From: Octopus sinensis
Lineage: Eukaryota
Assembly: GCF_006345805.1 (NCBI RefSeq)
Contig: NC_042997.1
Span: 43,834,001-43,898,000 of the forward strand
Direction: 5' to 3'
Length of the DNA stretch: 64,000 nt
Positions within the stretch are counted from its first letter, which is position 1; each line of letters begins with the position of its first letter. Under the pieces are notes generated by a model. That model had not been told where the DNA came from and made no database searches. It saw nothing but the letters and a program-made list of their open reading frames with translations. Below are positions 63,158 to 64,000 of this stretch, in pieces. Made by a program: the position numbers and the translations under genes.

Positions 63158-63726
63158 GGAGTAAACACATAAATGTGAAACAAGGTGGAAAAAAGAGTAC
63201 TCAAATACCAGTGGTAGAGTAATATGCTTTATTTAAAGCAGCAGAAAATTCAACAAAATCTGTTACTCTGAGTTTCTTGTTGCCGTTCATCAGACAGTTT
63301 TTGCTAGAATGGAACCGATATATCAATTCAATCCAGACTCTCAATTCAATCCAGAGTCTGGATTGAATTGATATATCGGTTCCATTCTAGCAAAAACTGT
63401 CTGATGAACGGCAACGAGAAACTCAGAGTAACAGATTTTGTTGAATTTTCTGCTGCTTTAAATAAAGTATATATATATATATATAATATTGATACAAAAC
63501 GTAAATTTTAAAATTTAATCATGTCAAGAAGAACAAATTAAAACAACAGGTGTTTACATGCAATATTCATATACCATAAAATGCTCAATATGCAAACCAT
63601 TACCTTAAATCCAGCTTTAGCACCTGACTGCAAGTCTGATTCAATATTTCCTGGGTCCAGGTAAGCAATGCTCATCAAGAAGCCAGGGCCAGTGAAAGCC
63701 CATAATTTACGAAAACTGAATTTATA
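17189..63726 (-). CDS. SLC11A2: NRAMP/SLC11 divalent metal transporter (DMT1/Malvolio-like), multi-exon gene. Confidently assembled part: join of 63604-63726, 59789-59954, 54341-54401, 45240-45378, 43120-43275, 38318-38479, 34595-34642, 31578-31610, 29082-29201, 20369-20592, 19076-19232, 17189-17239
   Basis: Twelve exons with AG/GT boundaries and matching phases give 1440 nt of uninterrupted frame containing the NRAMP motifs [51 protein letters not shown] and [16 protein letters not shown]. Invertebrates typically have one gene co-orthologous to SLC11A1 and SLC11A2, so the symbol is by similarity only. Confidence 0.97.
17413..18360. mobile_element. Direct plus inverted repeat complex, probably Penelope-type pseudo-LTR remnants
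   Basis: Arm 17413-17750, direct partial copy 17877-18020 and inverted copy 18021-18360; contains a half-hammerhead GAAAC-AAAAAATT-GTC; TA microsatellite flank. Confidence 0.55.
19076..19232 (-). CDS. SLC11A2: NRAMP exon (TM11-TM12): (M)[52 protein letters not shown]
   Basis: 157 nt, ttttag acceptor, GTAAGT donor, phase 2 to 0; two hydrophobic segments. Confidence 0.93.
20369..20592 (-). CDS. SLC11A2: NRAMP exon (TM9-TM10): [74 protein letters not shown](M)
   Basis: 224 nt, atcag acceptor, GTAAGT donor, phase 0 to 2. Confidence 0.96.
20740..20967 (+). mobile_element. piggyBac-like MITE of about 225 bp; further copies at 22096-22317 (+), 23620-23836 (-), 24675-24902 (-), 26696-26922 (-)
   Basis: TTAA-CCCTTTAG...CTAAAGGG-TTAA termini and a shared internal sequence. 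Confidence 0.8.
22699..23552 (+). mobile_element. Gypsy/Ty3 LTR retrotransposon remnant: integrase plus PPT and 3' LTR
   Basis: [10 protein letters not shown]...CHIC zinc-binding domain, [10 protein letters not shown]...DNGTQFTS...[11 protein letters not shown] core; PPT aagaagaaggga followed by LTR TGTTA...TAACA (23373-23552) with AATAAA. Confidence 0.9.
25110..25580 (-). mobile_element. CR1/L2-type LINE 3' end with (TTA)n tail
   Basis: TRGHIYKV...[18 protein letters not shown]-terminal motif, 3' UTR and repeat tail. Confidence 0.85.
27001..27098 (+). repeat. 15-bp minisatellite (GGTGTCATGTGGAGT) x 6.5
   Basis: Direct inspection. Confidence 0.95.
29082..29201 (-). CDS. SLC11A2: NRAMP exon (TM8, consensus transport motif): [40 protein letters not shown]
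   Basis: 120 nt, ctgtag acceptor, GTAAGA donor, phase 0 to 0. Confidence 0.97.
30895..31448 (+). mobile_element. CR1-type LINE 3' end with (CTAA)n tail
   Basis: [12 protein letters not shown]...LERVQKLAT...[10 protein letters not shown]...RRGDLI...[10 protein letters not shown]. Confidence 0.88.
31578..31610 (-). CDS. SLC11A2: NRAMP small exon (loop 7-8): [11 protein letters not shown]
   Basis: 33 nt, ttttcag acceptor, GTGAGT donor; VDILRG/GKFLGC aligns with VDIYKG/GVVLGC of vertebrate DMT1. Confidence 0.88.
34176..34565 (+). mobile_element. Non-autonomous Helitron
   Basis: 5' A/TCTTTATATATAAAAG start, internal direct repeat of about 110 bp, 3' cccgagcaacgccaggcg hairpin region followed by CTAC (decayed CTAG). 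Confidence 0.7.
34595..34642 (-). CDS. SLC11A2: NRAMP small exon (loop 7-8): [16 protein letters not shown]
   Basis: 48 nt, polypyrimidine tract plus tttcag acceptor, GTGAGT donor, phase 0 to 0; supplies the loop Cys and fills the expected gap of about 16-18 aa. Confidence 0.82.
35620..36600 (-). mobile_element. RTE LINE 3' end with an expanded 84-bp (2 x 42) higher-order repeat
   Basis: catccagcaaagcat...tctcttgcacacc RT end, repeat array at 35970-36270, ccatgctggcatgg tail. Confidence 0.8.
37863..38263 (+). mobile_element. tRNA-derived SINE family B with CORE-like centre and internal (TA)n(TG)n; many copies, e.g. 8470-8720, 12924-13290, 13740-14110, 16300-17010, 19320-19625, 21318-21690, 38675-39092, 56460-56800, 58080-58420, 58789-59090
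   Basis: Head AGGCGCAGGAGTGGCTGTGTGGTAAG...GGTTCAGTCCCACTG, centre GGCACCTTGGGCAAGTGTCTT, tail GTCAAATGACTGAAACAAGTAAAAGAG. Confidence 0.85.
38318..38479 (-). CDS. SLC11A2: NRAMP exon (TM7): [54 protein letters not shown]
   Basis: 162 nt, ttccag acceptor, GTAAGT donor, phase 0 to 0. Confidence 0.96.
39450..41600 (-). mobile_element. RTE-clade LINE 3' half (RT with YADD and embedded PHD-like finger, 3' UTR, tail), a nested SINE, and a second short RT copy at 41383-41583
   Basis: [14 protein letters not shown]...[11 protein letters not shown]...WPCSIC...[10 protein letters not shown]...[10 protein letters not shown]. Confidence 0.9.
39511..39733 (+). mobile_element. SINE family C with a Deu/Nin-like central domain; others at 280-512 (-), 1249-1460, 14367-14780, 27577-27770, 36980-37395 (-, dimer), 44732-44880, 46891-47320 (dimer), 52403-52632
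   Basis: AAGGCGGCGAGCTGGCAGAA...GAGTTCAAAT...GCCTTTCATCCTTTCGGGGTCGATAAATTAAGTACCAG; domain assignment from recalled similarity, not from a search. Confidence 0.8.
41961..42300 (+). mobile_element. tRNA-derived SINE (fourth type)
   Basis: GGCGCGTGGCTCAGTGGCTAGAGC...GCTCGAATCCC head followed by the TTGAGCAAGGCACTTTATTTCACGTTGCTCCAG centre. Confidence 0.75.
43120..43275 (-). CDS. SLC11A2: NRAMP exon (TM6): [52 protein letters not shown]
   Basis: 156 nt, cttcag acceptor, GTAAGT donor, phase 0 to 0; MPHN and YLHS motifs. Confidence 0.97.
43403..43490 (-). ncRNA. Type I hammerhead ribozyme (PLE-associated, minimal stem III)
   Basis: Minus strand reads ACTTCC-CTGAAGA-GAAGATT-(about 43 nt)-AATCTTC-GAAAC-ATGT-GTC-GGAAGT: 6-bp stem I, 7-bp stem II, canonical core, GUC cleavage triplet; downstream of a GIY-YIG PLE fragment. 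Confidence 0.85.
43730..44290 (-). mobile_element. Penelope-like element 3' fragment with GIY-YIG endonuclease
   Basis: ORF 43765-44082 reads NSIYQCKI...FYIGST...HYSTFR...LSKLIWDLK...FCLLC; upstream [27 protein letters not shown] matches the PLE RT-to-endonuclease linker. Confidence 0.85.
45240..45378 (-). CDS. SLC11A2: NRAMP exon (TM4-TM5): (K)[46 protein letters not shown]
   Basis: 139 nt, tttccag acceptor, GTAAGA donor, phase 2 to 0; [12 protein letters not shown] motif. Confidence 0.96.
45870..46200 (+). repeat. Degenerate (GGAT)n purine-rich microsatellite
   Basis: Direct inspection. Confidence 0.8.
46223..46760 (-). mobile_element. RTE-clade LINE 3' end with (GAT)n tail
   Basis: Open 173-aa frame [15 protein letters not shown]...RRVQFAGHC...MMDREVWR. 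Confidence 0.88.
47618..48025. repeat. Imperfect fold-back element or MITE (arms of about 177 bp, spacer of about 55 bp)
   Basis: aaacagaacacaaaggatatc...cccattataat / attataatggg...gatatcctttgtgttctgttt. Confidence 0.88.
49940..50240 (+). mobile_element. Short LINE 3' end (Jockey/CR1-like)
   Basis: [13 protein letters not shown]...FKWNLDNFL...[16 protein letters not shown] translation and a repeated ctaagt tail. Confidence 0.55.
50270..50970 (+). mobile_element. Deleted copy of the same RTE LINE with a 42-bp tandem repeat in the 3' UTR
   Basis: Similarity to 1520-2520 and 39900-40950. Confidence 0.8.
52120..52286 (+). repeat. 87-bp tandem duplication
   Basis: Two copies differing by two substitutions. 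Confidence 0.9.
53223..53928 (+). repeat. Tandem duplication of about 359/347 bp, likely an assembly artefact
   Basis: Second copy is shorter through scattered small deletions. Confidence 0.85.
54341..54401 (-). CDS. SLC11A2: NRAMP exon (TM3): (G)[19 protein letters not shown](K)
   Basis: 61 nt, tttcag acceptor, GTAAGT donor, phase 1 to 2; SDMQEVIG motif; too short for the ORF track. Confidence 0.95.
54490..54710 (+). repeat. Compound minisatellite of about 30-32 bp (catacataaataaatgcaaacatacacacaca)
   Basis: About 7 units. Confidence 0.9.
54751..55620 (+). mobile_element. Internally deleted mariner transposon
   Basis: TIRs tacgacatggtatcaaagaattcccagaccagtt / aactagtctaagaactttttgataccactttgta; [26 protein letters not shown] and [10 protein letters not shown] remnants. 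Confidence 0.88.
59789..59954 (-). CDS. SLC11A2: NRAMP exon (TM2-TM3): [55 protein letters not shown](G)
   Basis: 166 nt, aatag acceptor, GTAAGT donor, phase 0 to 1. Confidence 0.96.
60160..60522. repeat. Nested hairpin element: outer short inverted repeat (60160/60378) plus a hairpin with 70-bp arms (60379-60522) and a GC-GAAA-GC cap
   Basis: aataccaaactcattcc...tatctaa / ttagata...ggaatgagtttggtatt. Confidence 0.85.
61314..61426. repeat. Palindrome (53-bp arms, 7-nt loop, one mismatch)
   Basis: tacaagaaaagaaaatggag...accagat-gagtatt-atctggt...cttgta. Confidence 0.93.
61460..62240. mobile_element. Penelope-like remnant with a decayed hammerhead (62056-62182)
   Basis: CTGACAA-AGCCTATG...CATAGGCT-GAAAC-AGCT-TTA: 8-bp stem II retained, core and cleavage triplet mutated. 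Confidence 0.45.
62876..63120. repeat. Near-perfect palindrome or MITE (arms of about 118 bp, 8-nt loop)
   Basis: tatagagggtactattattc...gagtcat / atgactc...gaataatagtaccctctata. Confidence 0.93.
63227..63467. repeat. Near-perfect palindrome (115-bp arms, 11-nt loop, one mismatch)
   Basis: Arms 63227-63341 and 63353-63467 checked base by base. Confidence 0.95.
63397..63434 (+). ncRNA. Partly degenerate hammerhead ribozyme motif (mirror copy on the minus strand at about 63260-63297)
   Basis: CTGT-CTGATGA-ACG GCAA CGA-GAAAC-TCAGA-GTA-ACAG: core intact, first stem II pair mismatched. Confidence 0.65.
63604..63726 (-). CDS. SLC11A2: NRAMP exon (TM1): [41 protein letters not shown]
   Basis: 123 nt, tttcag acceptor, GTAATG donor, phase 0 exit; contains the DPGN metal-binding motif. 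Confidence 0.97.
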
Positions 63727-64000
63727 CTGAAACATAAAACATCAATAATATAACAATGAGAAAAAAGAATTACTTTTGATCTGTCATTTCAAAATGATGA
63801 ATATTCAGTACTAGTGGCCTGGGAAAACACCTGGAGATTAATGACTGATGCATGTAGTGAAAAAAAAACAACCTCACAGTCCAGCCCATGTTGACGTGTG
63901 GTGGTTTGTGTACCTTGATGACACTGAGAGCTATGAAAACAGGGAGCAAGTCCTTGGTAGGGCTTCCAATGCTAGACAGGTTAAAGGATAGTGGCAAGAC

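Noticed and set aside
63770-63997. Possible N-terminal NRAMP exon
   Set aside because: No frame resembles the NRAMP N-terminus, and the intron to 63727 would be implausibly short

Overview
AT-rich, repeat-dense animal genomic DNA. The SINE, RTE-LINE and microsatellite content suggests an octopus or related cephalopod (inference). One protein-coding gene crosses essentially the whole window on the minus strand: an NRAMP/SLC11 (DMT1/Malvolio-type) proton-coupled divalent metal transporter. I assembled by hand 12 consecutive GT-AG exons (63726 down to 17189; 1440 nt, 480 codons, splice phases consistent). They carry intact DPGN, MPHN/YLHS and [18 protein letters not shown] motifs and include two frame-preserving small exons (48 and 33 nt) in the glycosylated loop. 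Two further candidate exons (7278-7338 and 76-125) would complete the C-terminus. The N-terminal exon(s) probably lie beyond 64000. The introns contain tRNA-derived SINEs, RTE and CR1-like LINE fragments, Penelope-like elements (PLE), mariner relics, a Gypsy integrase with 3' LTR, a Helitron, piggyBac-like MITEs and many fold-back palindromes. The most notable non-coding signals are a hammerhead ribozyme with a fully canonical core in the sense strand of an intron (43403-43490) and a near-perfect 241-bp palindrome made of two hammerhead-bearing arms (63227-63467). Two tandem duplications (16150-16694, 53223-53928) look like assembly artefacts. I found no evidence of a wholly new multi-gene system.
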